This document shows, one piece after another, positions 50,808 through 59,863 of a DNA stretch of 64,000 nucleotides. The notes beneath the pieces were generated by a model. The model ran no database searches. It saw only the letters and a list, made by a program, of their open reading frames with translations, and was not told the origin of the DNA. Origin of the DNA: a virus (Duplodnaviria > Caudoviricetes). The stretch spans positions 253,723 to 317,722 of the IMG/VR virus record IMGVR_UViG_3300037780_000034. One strand, 5' to 3'. Made by a program: the position numbers and the translations under genes. Every line of letters starts with the position of its first letter. The stretch's first letter is position 1.

Positions 50808-52028
50808 ATGAAAATAACACAGATAACCGAAGCAACATATGAAAATGTAGAAATAATCAAAGACATAGTTAAATTTATAATTGACACTATGCCTAGCGTA
50901 ATACCATCTGATTCTGTTTATGTATATGGATTTGCAGATAATGGAAAACGTATAGACTGGATGGATAATACAAGTTCGCCAGAAATACGTTCTATAAAAG
51001 AACTTATAGAAGAACATAAAGATAATCCAAAAATAAAAAATGCTTTGATTAGAATTTCAAGCACTCCTATATATTTTCATAACACAGAAGAAAAAGTATA
51101 TCATCCAAATTACGGCGATTATGCATATGGTCCTGTTAACATATATGTTAGCAGAATACAAGGGTCTTCAAAGCCATTTATAATAAAAAAGACAAGAAAT
51201 AATCCTTATCCTTCTTTTTACCTTACTAACGTTAAACAAGTTTTATTTCACGAGTTACGCCATCTTTTTCAAGACGTTCAATATCCTGATTATCTTAGAA
51301 GCAAAAAAGCAAGAATTGATAAAAAAACAAAAACAGAACGTGAATGGGGTGAAAGACAAATAGAATGGGATGCAAAATGGACTGATATAATATCTACAAT
51401 TTCACCAGAAGATTATACCAATGAAGCAAGACACACAGATTATACATTAGACGTTATGCGTGAATTACTACAGTGGGTTAAATTGTCTCCAAAAAATCAA
51501 AAACATTATCGTAAAAAAACTATAAATTATTTTTTAGAATGGGAAAGAAAAAAATTACAAAAACAATGGAACAAGTTAGTTAAAATACTAGAACCATACG
51601 TGTTAAACGGAGGATATGATAAAACAGAATTTGTAGATTATATATTAGAAGACTTGGCTTGGTATAGTGCTGAACCAGACTTACATCCTCAAATAAAAAA
51701 CTATTATAAAACAAAATCACAAAAGTATTATGATAAACTAACAAAATCTATAAGAACAAAAAATAAAGTAAAACAATATATAGAACAATATAAAACAGAG
51801 TGGGAAAAATATTTAGAAAACTTTTTGGATGCGAACAGTAATAGAATAAGTGAAATTAATAAATTTGCTGCTGCAAGTGTTATTGTTAGTAAATTATATG
51901 ATAATAATGCAGATTTCTTTTTTTCAAAAAACTCATATATTAGTGATATAGCACAAGAAGTTAGAAAGCATTACTATAAAAGATCAGTTGAAATTATTGA
52001 TTATGTAAGAGAAAGACAAAACAAATGA
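50808..52028 (+). CDS. Zincin-like (HExxH) metallopeptidase 2 with CTS-like leader
   Basis: VLFHELRH, RQIEWDA and HYRKKTI shared with 48849; start MKITQITE|A. Confidence 0.6.
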   Translation: MKITQITEATYENVEIIKDIVKFIIDTMPSVIPSDSVYVYGFADNGKRIDWMDNTSSPEIRSIKELIEEHKDNPKIKNALIRISSTPIYFHNTEEKVYHPNYGDYAYGPVNIYVSRIQGSSKPFIIKKTRNNPYPSFYLTNVKQVLFHELRHLFQDVQYPDYLRSKKARIDKKTKTEREWGERQIEWDAKWTDIISTISPEDYTNEARHTDYTLDVMRELLQWVKLSPKNQKHYRKKTINYFLEWERKKLQKQWNKLVKILEPYVLNGGYDKTEFVDYILEDLAWYSAEPDLHPQIKNYYKTKSQKYYDKLTKSIRTKNKVKQYIEQYKTEWEKYLENFLDANSNRISEINKFAAASVIVSKLYDNNADFFFSKNSYISDIAQEVRKHYYKRSVEIIDYVRERQNK

Positions 52029-52597
52029 GATTAAGTGAATTAAAAGGATATCGTAGTGAACCTCTTTATGATATATTAAGCAATAGTTTGAACATTACGG
52101 AATTCATTGAAAACCTAAAGCAAAGTGGTTATAAAAAATATTTAATAGGTGAAGGATTTTATGCAGGAGTATTCTCTAGACCAACAGACAATTATGTTAT
52201 TAAAATATTTGAAAACGATCCTGGATATGAAAAATTTATAAAGTATGTTTTATCAAATCGTGACAACCCACACGTTCCAAAAATAAAAAGTAAACCTATT
52301 AGATTTTTAAAAAAATATAAAATTCTAAGAATAGAAAAATTACAAAAGCTAGATAAAAACAATGAACAGCAAATGGAAATTTATAAATCAATTGTAAACT
52401 ATATAAGTGACTATGGCAAAGATTACAAATACGCTGTAATAAATAGAAAAAAATTACAAAAACAATTTCCAAAATTAATACCAATATTAAACGAATTACA
52501 AAGTAATAAATACTTATTGGACTTATCTCACAATAACATTATGTTTAGAAATCAAAATACACCAGTTATTACTGATCCTTATGCGGACTTTATATGA
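52025..52597 (+). CDS. Minimal protein-kinase-fold protein
   Basis: IGEGFYAGV (Gly loop), VIKIF (Lys), DLSHNNIMF (catalytic loop), ITDP. Confidence 0.65.
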   Translation: MRLSELKGYRSEPLYDILSNSLNITEFIENLKQSGYKKYLIGEGFYAGVFSRPTDNYVIKIFENDPGYEKFIKYVLSNRDNPHVPKIKSKPIRFLKKYKILRIEKLQKLDKNNEQQMEIYKSIVNYISDYGKDYKYAVINRKKLQKQFPKLIPILNELQSNKYLLDLSHNNIMFRNQNTPVITDPYADFI

Positions 52598-52598
52598 T

Positions 52599-53603
52599 AT
52601 GAAATATATAACTTTAATAGAAAATACAAACACTATAATAGATAATGTAAATGGATGGGGAAGTGTTCCTTATAACCAAAATGTAAACTATATGGGACTT
52701 CGTGTAAAAATGAAACCAAGCATATTTTTACAATTAGCAGCACCACTAAGCGAACCAACGTCTAAAAACGATATAATTAATCATTTACAAAACGGTGGAA
52801 AAATAGGAGCGCCTTTTTTAAACATTAAAGTTCCGGTAGAATGGAGTGATGATAATCACTTAGAAATAGCAAAAGTTTCTCAACACGAAGGCCGAAACCG
52901 TATGAAAGCAATTTTAGAACTATATGGTGACATTCCTACAGAAACACATTTATTTTTTAGTGGTGGAATTAACAGAAACCGTCATATTACCAGTGATATA
53001 ATTAAAGAACTGCAAACACATCTTTATAGTGAAAATCAAAATCTAATCAGTATTAATCAACCACTTTTCACTGTTATGAATGATGATAACAAAAAAGTAA
53101 CCGAAAGCATAAACCCAGTTTACGCTTATCCATTTTCTTGGAAAACACACTCACCCGCAAAAGAATATAAACTTTTATTACAAGACTTAACCGATAATAA
53201 TTCCACATCAGAAAAAGGATTAGTTCGTGCAGAATTCAACATTCCAACCCTCGATCCAAAAACACATTATGACCATTATTGCATAGTAAATGCAACCATA
53301 ACTATAATAAAAAATAAAAACAACGATATTAAAAAAATAATAGAAAACTTTGAGTTCAGTATAGATTATAATTATAAAACCACTAACATACAAAAAACAA
53401 AAGCATCACGCATATACGCAACAGTAGCAAAAGTATTGCAACAAATAATTCAAGAAGTTAATCCAGATAAAATACATATTATAGCAAATGAATTACGCAA
53501 AGAAAAATTTTATGAAAAACTTATAAATCGTATACCACAATATCACATCAGTAATGAATTAAAAAATAGACTAGGCTTAAAATACATTATTAGCAAAAAA
53601 TGA
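52599..53603 (+). CDS. Two-domain protein, N-terminal ParB/Srx-like domain
   Basis: PFL..HEGRNR motif; start MKYITLIE|N at 52599; internal linker KKVTE|S. Confidence 0.5.
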   Translation: MKYITLIENTNTIIDNVNGWGSVPYNQNVNYMGLRVKMKPSIFLQLAAPLSEPTSKNDIINHLQNGGKIGAPFLNIKVPVEWSDDNHLEIAKVSQHEGRNRMKAILELYGDIPTETHLFFSGGINRNRHITSDIIKELQTHLYSENQNLISINQPLFTVMNDDNKKVTESINPVYAYPFSWKTHSPAKEYKLLLQDLTDNNSTSEKGLVRAEFNIPTLDPKTHYDHYCIVNATITIIKNKNNDIKKIIENFEFSIDYNYKTTNIQKTKASRIYATVAKVLQQIIQEVNPDKIHIIANELRKEKFYEKLINRIPQYHISNELKNRLGLKYIISKK

Positions 53604-54307
53604 TACTATTCTATACAATCACAGATTTGCCAATGTGGAACACATTAGTTGAAGAAAAGATTCAACTAATGAAAAACAAAAACCTATGGCAATCATTTGA
53701 AAAAATATATCTGTTATGTCACTATAATCCACAATCATTTAACAATTTGTTAAATCAATACAGCAATGATCCAAGAATAAACACAATAACATATACCGAC
53801 AGTGTTAACCCACTAGCCGAAATATATTCAAATATAACAATTAAAAGTATTTGTGATTCACTAAATCAAAATACACCTATATTCCGTTATCATACCAAAG
53901 GATTATCACAACTGCATAATCACAACAGAATAAAATCACTAAAATGGAACAATTACTTAGACTATTATAATATTATACAGTGGCGAAATACTATAAAATA
54001 TTTAGATACATACGATACGGTAGGAGTAAATGTTCATCAACCAACACATTACAGTGGAAACATATATTGGGCAAATAGCGATTATATAAAAACACTACCA
54101 CAATTTCCAAAACCACACACCAACGACTTCCAAAAATGTATACCACAAAGTTACAGCCTTAGACACGATAGCGAACTATGGATAGGATTAGGAAATCCAA
54201 ATTATAAAGAATTACATCACTACGAACACGCAACGGTATACAATGTTAATCCACCAGAAATGATCATCTACAACAAACACATAACATTCACTACAACAGA
54301 AAATTAA
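53600..54307 (+). CDS. Hypothetical protein, possibly glycosyltransferase-like
   Basis: RYHTKG..YDTVGV..HYSGNIYWANSDYIKTLP..RHDSELWIG; the family assignment is from memory and weak. Confidence 0.45.
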   Translation: MILFYTITDLPMWNTLVEEKIQLMKNKNLWQSFEKIYLLCHYNPQSFNNLLNQYSNDPRINTITYTDSVNPLAEIYSNITIKSICDSLNQNTPIFRYHTKGLSQLHNHNRIKSLKWNNYLDYYNIIQWRNTIKYLDTYDTVGVNVHQPTHYSGNIYWANSDYIKTLPQFPKPHTNDFQKCIPQSYSLRHDSELWIGLGNPNYKELHHYEHATVYNVNPPEMIIYNKHITFTTTEN

Positions 54308-55983
54308 TCAGTGTTACTACTATCACGCATCGCAGATAATAAACGATTTCCCTCACTCCAGCGAATACCTAAAACATTATTTTCAAAAGTATCATTAATC
54401 AATTTAGCCTCGTCATAATCCGCCAATTCACGCATAACAGATAACAATTCACGCTCACCTTGTGGCCAATTGTGATCCTTTATAAGCTCAAAATAATCCC
54501 ATATAATACCACTGTAAACCTGATTAATAATAGTGTTGCTATTCAATCCACGTATACGTTTAATTATATAATTATCCAATGTTTTTTGTAAATTTGCATC
54601 AATATCTTTAAAATACTTATACATACGCAAGTCACGTAATATTAATTTTGCTTTCAATTTATTACTGTTTGTGTGTATCATACCCATAAACTTACTAGGA
54701 ATAACATTACTTGGAGTAGCATAAGTAAGCAAAATTCGTAATGCAGCATCAATAGTTTGTTGATCTGTTCGTAAAAATTCAACAGGAGATAATGCACCAG
54801 CGAATACTTCACGTGGTTCTATTATTACTTTCTTTTTATCAGGATTCACAAAACGTTCAACAACATCAACCACATTGCGACCAAAAAATACCGCCTGAAC
54901 TGGTTCATTGTCGTGTATAATTCCAATGCCTAAACTATCGTCAACATAATCATAACCTAATACACGATGTAACAAATATGTCCACATTACTGAACTACTT
55001 TTTGCCTTAAGTGAACCTTTCTTATATTCCACTATAATACTTTCATTAGTATCAGGAGCATATTGTGGATTTCCCTTATATAACCGATGAAATGGCCAGA
55101 AAAATTCTGATTTTTTGTTGTTAATGTGCTTTAATATTACACCACCTTTTTCAAAATCTACATCAATTATACGATAACGCGGGGTAGCATTGGGGTTATT
55201 TAACACAGCTAAATTACCAATCGCAAATTTCAAACCAGATAATGCCTTTGCATATTCATTTTTAGTAGTATCACTAACAACCGTAATATCGGGATCATCA
55301 ACACTTATAACAATACTATCAATAACGTTGTTTTCCGTATCTAAAAATTCTACCTCATACTCCTCACTATCATAAATGTCAGTGATAACGCCAGTTTTTC
55401 CCTTATACCTAATACGATCATTAATCTTTAATAAATTACCAGTATAAACAGATAAACTACTACTACCAGTTAATATTTTTGCCAAAATACGAGTTAAATT
55501 CCATATATAACCACTAGAACTTTGATTTTTTGCATCCCTAATACTAAACGATACTATCTTATCAAAAACATCATCATTAATACGTTTATCACGATCATTG
55601 ACAAACTCAAACAATTTATCACGATCACTATTAAAATTAGCAGTATCATACTCACCAATAACTAAACCATTGGTGTTATTCTTAGGACGAAATAACCATA
55701 TATAAGGCGACTCACCCATATATGGAACACCCGCTTTTAATCCACTACGTTCAATGTCACTAACCATAGCATCATTCAATGGATAACTGTAAATACCAAT
55801 AGGAGTATTATATCCACTACGAGGATTAATACCCAACTTGTCAAGCATAGTGTAACTAATATAATAATACTCATTACCACGGAGACTACTATAATATTGT
55901 AATACCTTTACTATATCACTAGCACTGGTTCTAGGATTACGATCCCCACCACGACGAGCTTCGGTAATTTCATTATAACGCAT
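54304..55983 (-). CDS. Hypothetical multidomain protein with CTS-like leader
   Basis: MRYNEITE|A; KLGINPRSGYNTPIGIYSYP; YDYVDD..GIIHDNEPVQAVFF. Confidence 0.7.
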   Translation of the reverse strand: MRYNEITEARRGGDRNPRTSASDIVKVLQYYSSLRGNEYYYISYTMLDKLGINPRSGYNTPIGIYSYPLNDAMVSDIERSGLKAGVPYMGESPYIWLFRPKNNTNGLVIGEYDTANFNSDRDKLFEFVNDRDKRINDDVFDKIVSFSIRDAKNQSSSGYIWNLTRILAKILTGSSSLSVYTGNLLKINDRIRYKGKTGVITDIYDSEEYEVEFLDTENNVIDSIVISVDDPDITVVSDTTKNEYAKALSGLKFAIGNLAVLNNPNATPRYRIIDVDFEKGGVILKHINNKKSEFFWPFHRLYKGNPQYAPDTNESIIVEYKKGSLKAKSSSVMWTYLLHRVLGYDYVDDSLGIGIIHDNEPVQAVFFGRNVVDVVERFVNPDKKKVIIEPREVFAGALSPVEFLRTDQQTIDAALRILLTYATPSNVIPSKFMGMIHTNSNKLKAKLILRDLRMYKYFKDIDANLQKTLDNYIIKRIRGLNSNTIINQVYSGIIWDYFELIKDHNWPQGERELLSVMRELADYDEAKLINDTFENNVLGIRWSEGNRLLSAMRDSSNTD

Positions 55984-55986
55984 AAG

Positions 55987-57336
55987 TTATATTATCCCAC
56001 TTAAATATTTTAGTCTTTTTATAAAATTTTCATTAACTGAAGATGATGATGACGACATACGTGAGACTATATCTTTCCATTCATCATATGAATATGGTTT
56101 GTCATTTATCCACCAACTTTTTGTTCCATCTGCATCTTCAACAGCAGGACCATCAATCCGATGAAGTTTGCCATTTTGATACCACCTTTTTGTTCCATCT
56201 GCTCGTTCAACAGCAGGGCCATCAATCCGATGAAGTTTGCCATTTATCCACCAACTTTTTGATCCATCACTATATTCAACAGCAGGACCATCAATCCGAT
56301 GAACTTGACCATTTATCCACCATATTTTTGTTCCATCTGCATCTTCAACAGCAGGACCATCAATGCGATGACGTTTGTCATTTTGATACCAAATTTTTGA
56401 TCCATTTGGATATTCAACAGCAGGACCATCAATCCGATGAAGTTTGTCATTTATATACCACCGTTTTGTTCCATCTGCTCGTTCAACAGCAGGGCCATCT
56501 TCACGGTGAAGTTTGTCATTTTGATACCACATTTTTGTTCCATCACTATATTCAACCGCAGGGCCATCTTCACGGTGAAGTTGGTTATCATTGTTATAAT
56601 AAGTATTACCAATAATCCACTGATTTGGTTTGTAATCAACCTTGCCTAACTTTTTAAATACACCAAATATAGTTTTATGTTTCTTAAAAAAATCTATAAT
56701 ATTAATAGGTTCATCACGTTCATCCATATATTGATTGCTATTAAAATGAAATTGCCATCTGGTATTAGTAGGTTTATGTAATATAATATAAAGAGGTCCA
56801 TCTACATCATAATGTTTAAACATATTATTATTACGCGAAGCAGTGCACCAACGAGTATTACGACCATAATAACAACTAGCTTCTTCTGTCTTTGGTATTA
56901 TTACCTTATACTCATTATCGTCATAAACAATATTAGCTTCACCACTGCTAACATATTTGTCAGCCATTTCGCTCTTACTAGTTACATCTACATCACTATA
57001 TTCATCAACTATATCTTCTATATCGCTTATCCGGTTAATATCACGATGCTCAGGCTTTAACTTCTTTTTATTACCTAAACTCATATACTTTTTCAATGCA
57101 CCACTAATACGACTAGGAATATCTTCTAACCGCTTTATATCACCGCGCAAATACCTAACTATCATCCAATTAACATATTTTTTTGCAGGACTAGGATCAT
57201 AAAGTTCTAACCAAGTAACAAAACCATCACCATCTTCACCAATTACATCTATAAATGGTTTCCCTTCACTCTGCCACCTACTCGCAAATTTTTCCTTATT
57301 GTAATTAATATATTCTAATAAAGTATGCATACCCAA
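55987..57336 (-). CDS. Repeat protein: N-terminal CYYG..TRWCTAS domain plus seven HR(E/I)DGPAVE repeats
   Basis: 23-aa tandem repeats; ends IKRLKYLSGII; AATAAATA upstream on the minus strand (57356-57363). Confidence 0.75.
   Translation of the reverse strand: MGMHTLLEYINYNKEKFASRWQSEGKPFIDVIGEDGDGFVTWLELYDPSPAKKYVNWMIVRYLRGDIKRLEDIPSRISGALKKYMSLGNKKKLKPEHRDINRISDIEDIVDEYSDVDVTSKSEMADKYVSSGEANIVYDDNEYKVIIPKTEEASCYYGRNTRWCTASRNNNMFKHYDVDGPLYIILHKPTNTRWQFHFNSNQYMDERDEPINIIDFFKKHKTIFGVFKKLGKVDYKPNQWIIGNTYYNNDNQLHREDGPAVEYSDGTKMWYQNDKLHREDGPAVERADGTKRWYINDKLHRIDGPAVEYPNGSKIWYQNDKRHRIDGPAVEDADGTKIWWINGQVHRIDGPAVEYSDGSKSWWINGKLHRIDGPAVERADGTKRWYQNGKLHRIDGPAVEDADGTKSWWINDKPYSYDEWKDIVSRMSSSSSSVNENFIKRLKYLSGII
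56101..56590 (-). repeat. Seven in-frame 69-bp tandem repeats
   Basis: The acagcagg(a/g)ccatc core recurs every 69 nt (e.g. 56141, 56210). Confidence 0.9.
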
Positions 57337-57618
57337 AACTCCCTGTAATAAATACTATTTATTTAATAAAGCATAACTTTAAAATAATAAAGCATATCAG
57401 TAAACATAACTGAAGAACAAAATTTTGTAAAATAAAAACCATAGTTTATTATAACTTATTTAAAATTATCTAAACCATAAAAACATATTTTACAACATAA
57501 TATAAAATCCCAAAAAATCCTTAAGGCAACGAATCAAAAAAAAATTTCCCGCCAAAAAAAATCCATACCCCATAAAAACACATTTACTAAAATTTCAATA
57601 GGGTAAAAAACTACAATG

Positions 57619-57786
57619 AAAACTATTATAGAAACTATTATAGAAACTATTATAGAAACTATTATAGAAACTATTATAGAAACTATTATAGAAACTATTA
57701 TAGAAACTATTATAGAAACTATTATAGAAACTACGATGAATATTATTATAGAAACTACGATGGAAACTACGATGAAAACTATCGTG
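57619..57786. repeat. 12-bp tandem repeat GAAACTATTATA
   Basis: Eight perfect copies at 57631-57726, a one-mismatch copy at 57619, and degenerate GAAACTACGATG copies after. Confidence 0.95.
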
Positions 57787-58090
57787 GGAAAAATTCCATG
57801 TGCCGCCGATTGGAAAAAAATGGTCTGTATAAAATGTTAGGGGTGGGACTCCCGAATCACTGATTCGCTGTACACTACATGTGCCTGGTGATTCGTCAAG
57901 CAAAATTTTTCAAAAATAAAAATATTTTTTTTCTAGCTTGACAGACATTTTTGCAACACAATAATGCGAATCGTTTAGTATTAAACTATCCGACATAATG
58001 GTTCAATGATTAAACCAATCATCGTAGGGGCACACAGTGGCCCACACAATGCCACCATTGTATTGCCTACCCTACCCTACCTGTGATTAC

Positions 58091-58133
58091 GGATGCCGGG
58101 TCAGTGGGCCGTACAATGGCTCTACGATGCTAT
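58091..58133. repeat. Intergenic repeat family A, copy 1 (43 bp)
   Basis: GGATGCCGGGTCAGTGGGCCGTACAATGGCTCTACGATGCTAT; 41/43 identical to 59538-59580. Confidence 0.9.
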
Positions 58134-58209
58134 GCACAATGCCCCTTACGATAGACAAAAAAATAGGCGGGGTATTATCCCCGCCATTATTATCCCATAT
58201 TGTTTAGGA

Positions 58210-59397
58210 TTATTCTTTTATTGTGGCGCGCGTGATATTTGTTTGTTTGATATTATTATATTCACGGTGTGCTTTCACGGTAAAGTCCACAGTAAGTTTT
58301 TCACCTGTTTCAATATATTTTTTTCCGGTGAACCAAGTGAATTGATTACCAGTATTATCGGTAAAGTTATACAGATATTGTTCACCATAACCGCGATCCC
58401 CCATTGCGATTTCACGATTGACAGTCAATTCAATTCCACGATACCGAGTCCCGATTGTTCCAAAGTAATCGGAAACCGTGGCGGCATTATTGTTTTCAAT
58501 TTGTTTTGCACGATCACGCACAATAACATTTACAGCCGACACGGCGATTGCAAGGTGTTTTGTTTTGATCAGATCATCACCGATAATAACGCGCAGGTTA
58601 TTGATATAATCGCCATTCTCAGGATTATATTCCATTGTGCGAAAATGATTCATTACTGTTTCCGCCATTGCAATATCTGCTTCGGTAACGGTAATCGGGC
58701 GATGCTTTGCATTCGGTTTAAGATCATGGAATACGCGATTTTCGGTTGTCACGATTGTTTCATCATAAGAGTTCATTGCCATTGCTTTTGAAACCCAACC
58801 GGATTCACGAATATTAGCAGCAGCATATTGCAGAACAGTTTTGGTATTATAATAATCGGAACCATATCCGGCGAATGTGAGTTCATCATTTACGGCAGTT
58901 TTAATTTCAGCGAGGAAACCAGCGCGACCAGCGATTTCCAGAGGATTATCGCATCCGGTAAAGTCACGCAAACATGTGCGCCCGATTGCCAGTTGATCAC
59001 CATTTGAATTTTCAAAAACATATACATCATTGCGAACACGATTATGCCCACAATGATCACATTCCGAAACCATATGACGGAAGCGTTCATTCAATTCGGT
59101 GCCAGCAATATTATTGACGATATTTTCACCATCACGCAATTCAACACGAGCGAGAAAACGATGATCACCATATTTCGGCGCATCACCCCAAACAACAATA
59201 TCCACAAAAGTGGTAGTAATATTGCGAGGACGATTGTCGATATAAATGGTAGTATCTTTGGGATATTCTTTGCCAATGGTGTAGCCGATTGGATTGTTAC
59301 CATACTTGTTTGCCTTGCGTGCAAGCTTGTCCAGCCGCTTGATCAGATCAGCAAGGTTCAGGGCAGGGACGGCAAAGGTGTCGATGGTGGTGGTCAT
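58210..59397 (-). CDS. Early protein with CxxC Zn motif and C-terminal OB-fold-like domain
   Basis: CDHCGH..GRTCLRDF; YFGTIG..YNFTD..TWFT..TVKAHREY. Likely ATG at 59397 after GGAG (ORF track starts at 59448). Confidence 0.7.
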   Translation of the reverse strand: MTTTIDTFAVPALNLADLIKRLDKLARKANKYGNNPIGYTIGKEYPKDTTIYIDNRPRNITTTFVDIVVWGDAPKYGDHRFLARVELRDGENIVNNIAGTELNERFRHMVSECDHCGHNRVRNDVYVFENSNGDQLAIGRTCLRDFTGCDNPLEIAGRAGFLAEIKTAVNDELTFAGYGSDYYNTKTVLQYAAANIRESGWVSKAMAMNSYDETIVTTENRVFHDLKPNAKHRPITVTEADIAMAETVMNHFRTMEYNPENGDYINNLRVIIGDDLIKTKHLAIAVSAVNVIVRDRAKQIENNNAATVSDYFGTIGTRYRGIELTVNREIAMGDRGYGEQYLYNFTDNTGNQFTWFTGKKYIETGEKLTVDFTVKAHREYNNIKQTNITRATIKE

Positions 59398-59446
59398 AGC
59401 GATCTCCGAATCGTTGCGGGACAATGCCCGATGAACATTGCCCAAC

Positions 59447-59475
59447 ATATAGGGAAATTTTAATACTACGTCAAC
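59447..59475 (-). promoter_or_regulatory. Alphaproteobacterial-type RpoD promoter
   Basis: GTTGAC-N17-CTATAT on the minus strand; CGATTCG in the leader at 59407-59413. Confidence 0.7.
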
Positions 59476-59537
59476 ACCATATTTTCACCATATAAGCGCC
59501 ATCATAGTGTCAGGCTACCCTACCCTATAAAAAATCA

Positions 59538-59580
59538 GGATGCCGGGTCAGTGAGGCGTACAATGGCTCTACGATGCTAT
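59538..59580. repeat. Intergenic repeat family A, copy 2
   Basis: See copy 1; both copies are preceded by CTACCCTACCCT. Confidence 0.9.
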
Positions 59581-59581
59581 T

Positions 59582-59863
59582 CTATGGCGTATCCAAGGTG
59601 GTGCTACGGATGCAAACATAATCGCGATTATTGACTAGATATGTTCGCATTTGTTTTTCGCGCATATTGGCGATAACGATATATCCATCATCCAGCCAAT
59701 ATACGGTATCACGATGGTTCCAATAATTAAAATTCAAAATATCATTGAATAATGTTGTTTTGCCGATGTCACGAATATCTGTAACACCGAATATATTCAT
59801 AGTGTTTTTATTATTGCGCATATGGGTTTCTTTTTGTTTTGACATTATGGGGGAGTATTTCAT
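59582..59863 (-). CDS. Small hypothetical early protein (start uncertain; likely 59845, 59821 or 59799)
   Basis: Open frame between repeat elements A and B. Confidence 0.5.
   Translation of the reverse strand: MKYSPIMSKQKETHMRNNKNTMNIFGVTDIRDIGKTTLFNDILNFNYWNHRDTVYWLDDGYIVIANMREKQMRTYLVNNRDYVCIRSTTLDTP

Noticed and set aside
56101-56590. 69-bp repeats as a DGR template/variable region pair
   Set aside because: No reverse transcriptase in the window; copies are tandem and in frame, and differences are not confined to adenine positions.
56043-56615. 190-aa plus-strand ORF with QQQDHQ repeats
   Set aside because: Antisense shadow of the repeat protein; no RBS or promoter.
57841-57900. Possible tRNA around GATTCGGGAGTCCCACCC
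   Set aside because: No GGTTCRANTCC T-arm or cloverleaf. No tRNA or rRNA was recognised anywhere in the window.
57595-57903. ORFs (ETII)n on plus and (FYNS)n on minus as real genes
   Set aside because: Open frames are expected from a stop-free 12-bp repeat; no clear RBS. Kept only as a repeat.
58093-58791. 232-aa plus-strand ORF, and similar ORFs at 60326-60808 and 61752-62204
   Set aside because: They overlap better-supported minus-strand genes that have RBS and promoters; GC-richer DNA gives long antisense frames.
58091-59580. Family A repeats as CRISPR repeats or IS ends
   Set aside because: They are 1.4 kb apart, direct rather than inverted, with no transposase or integrase nearby.
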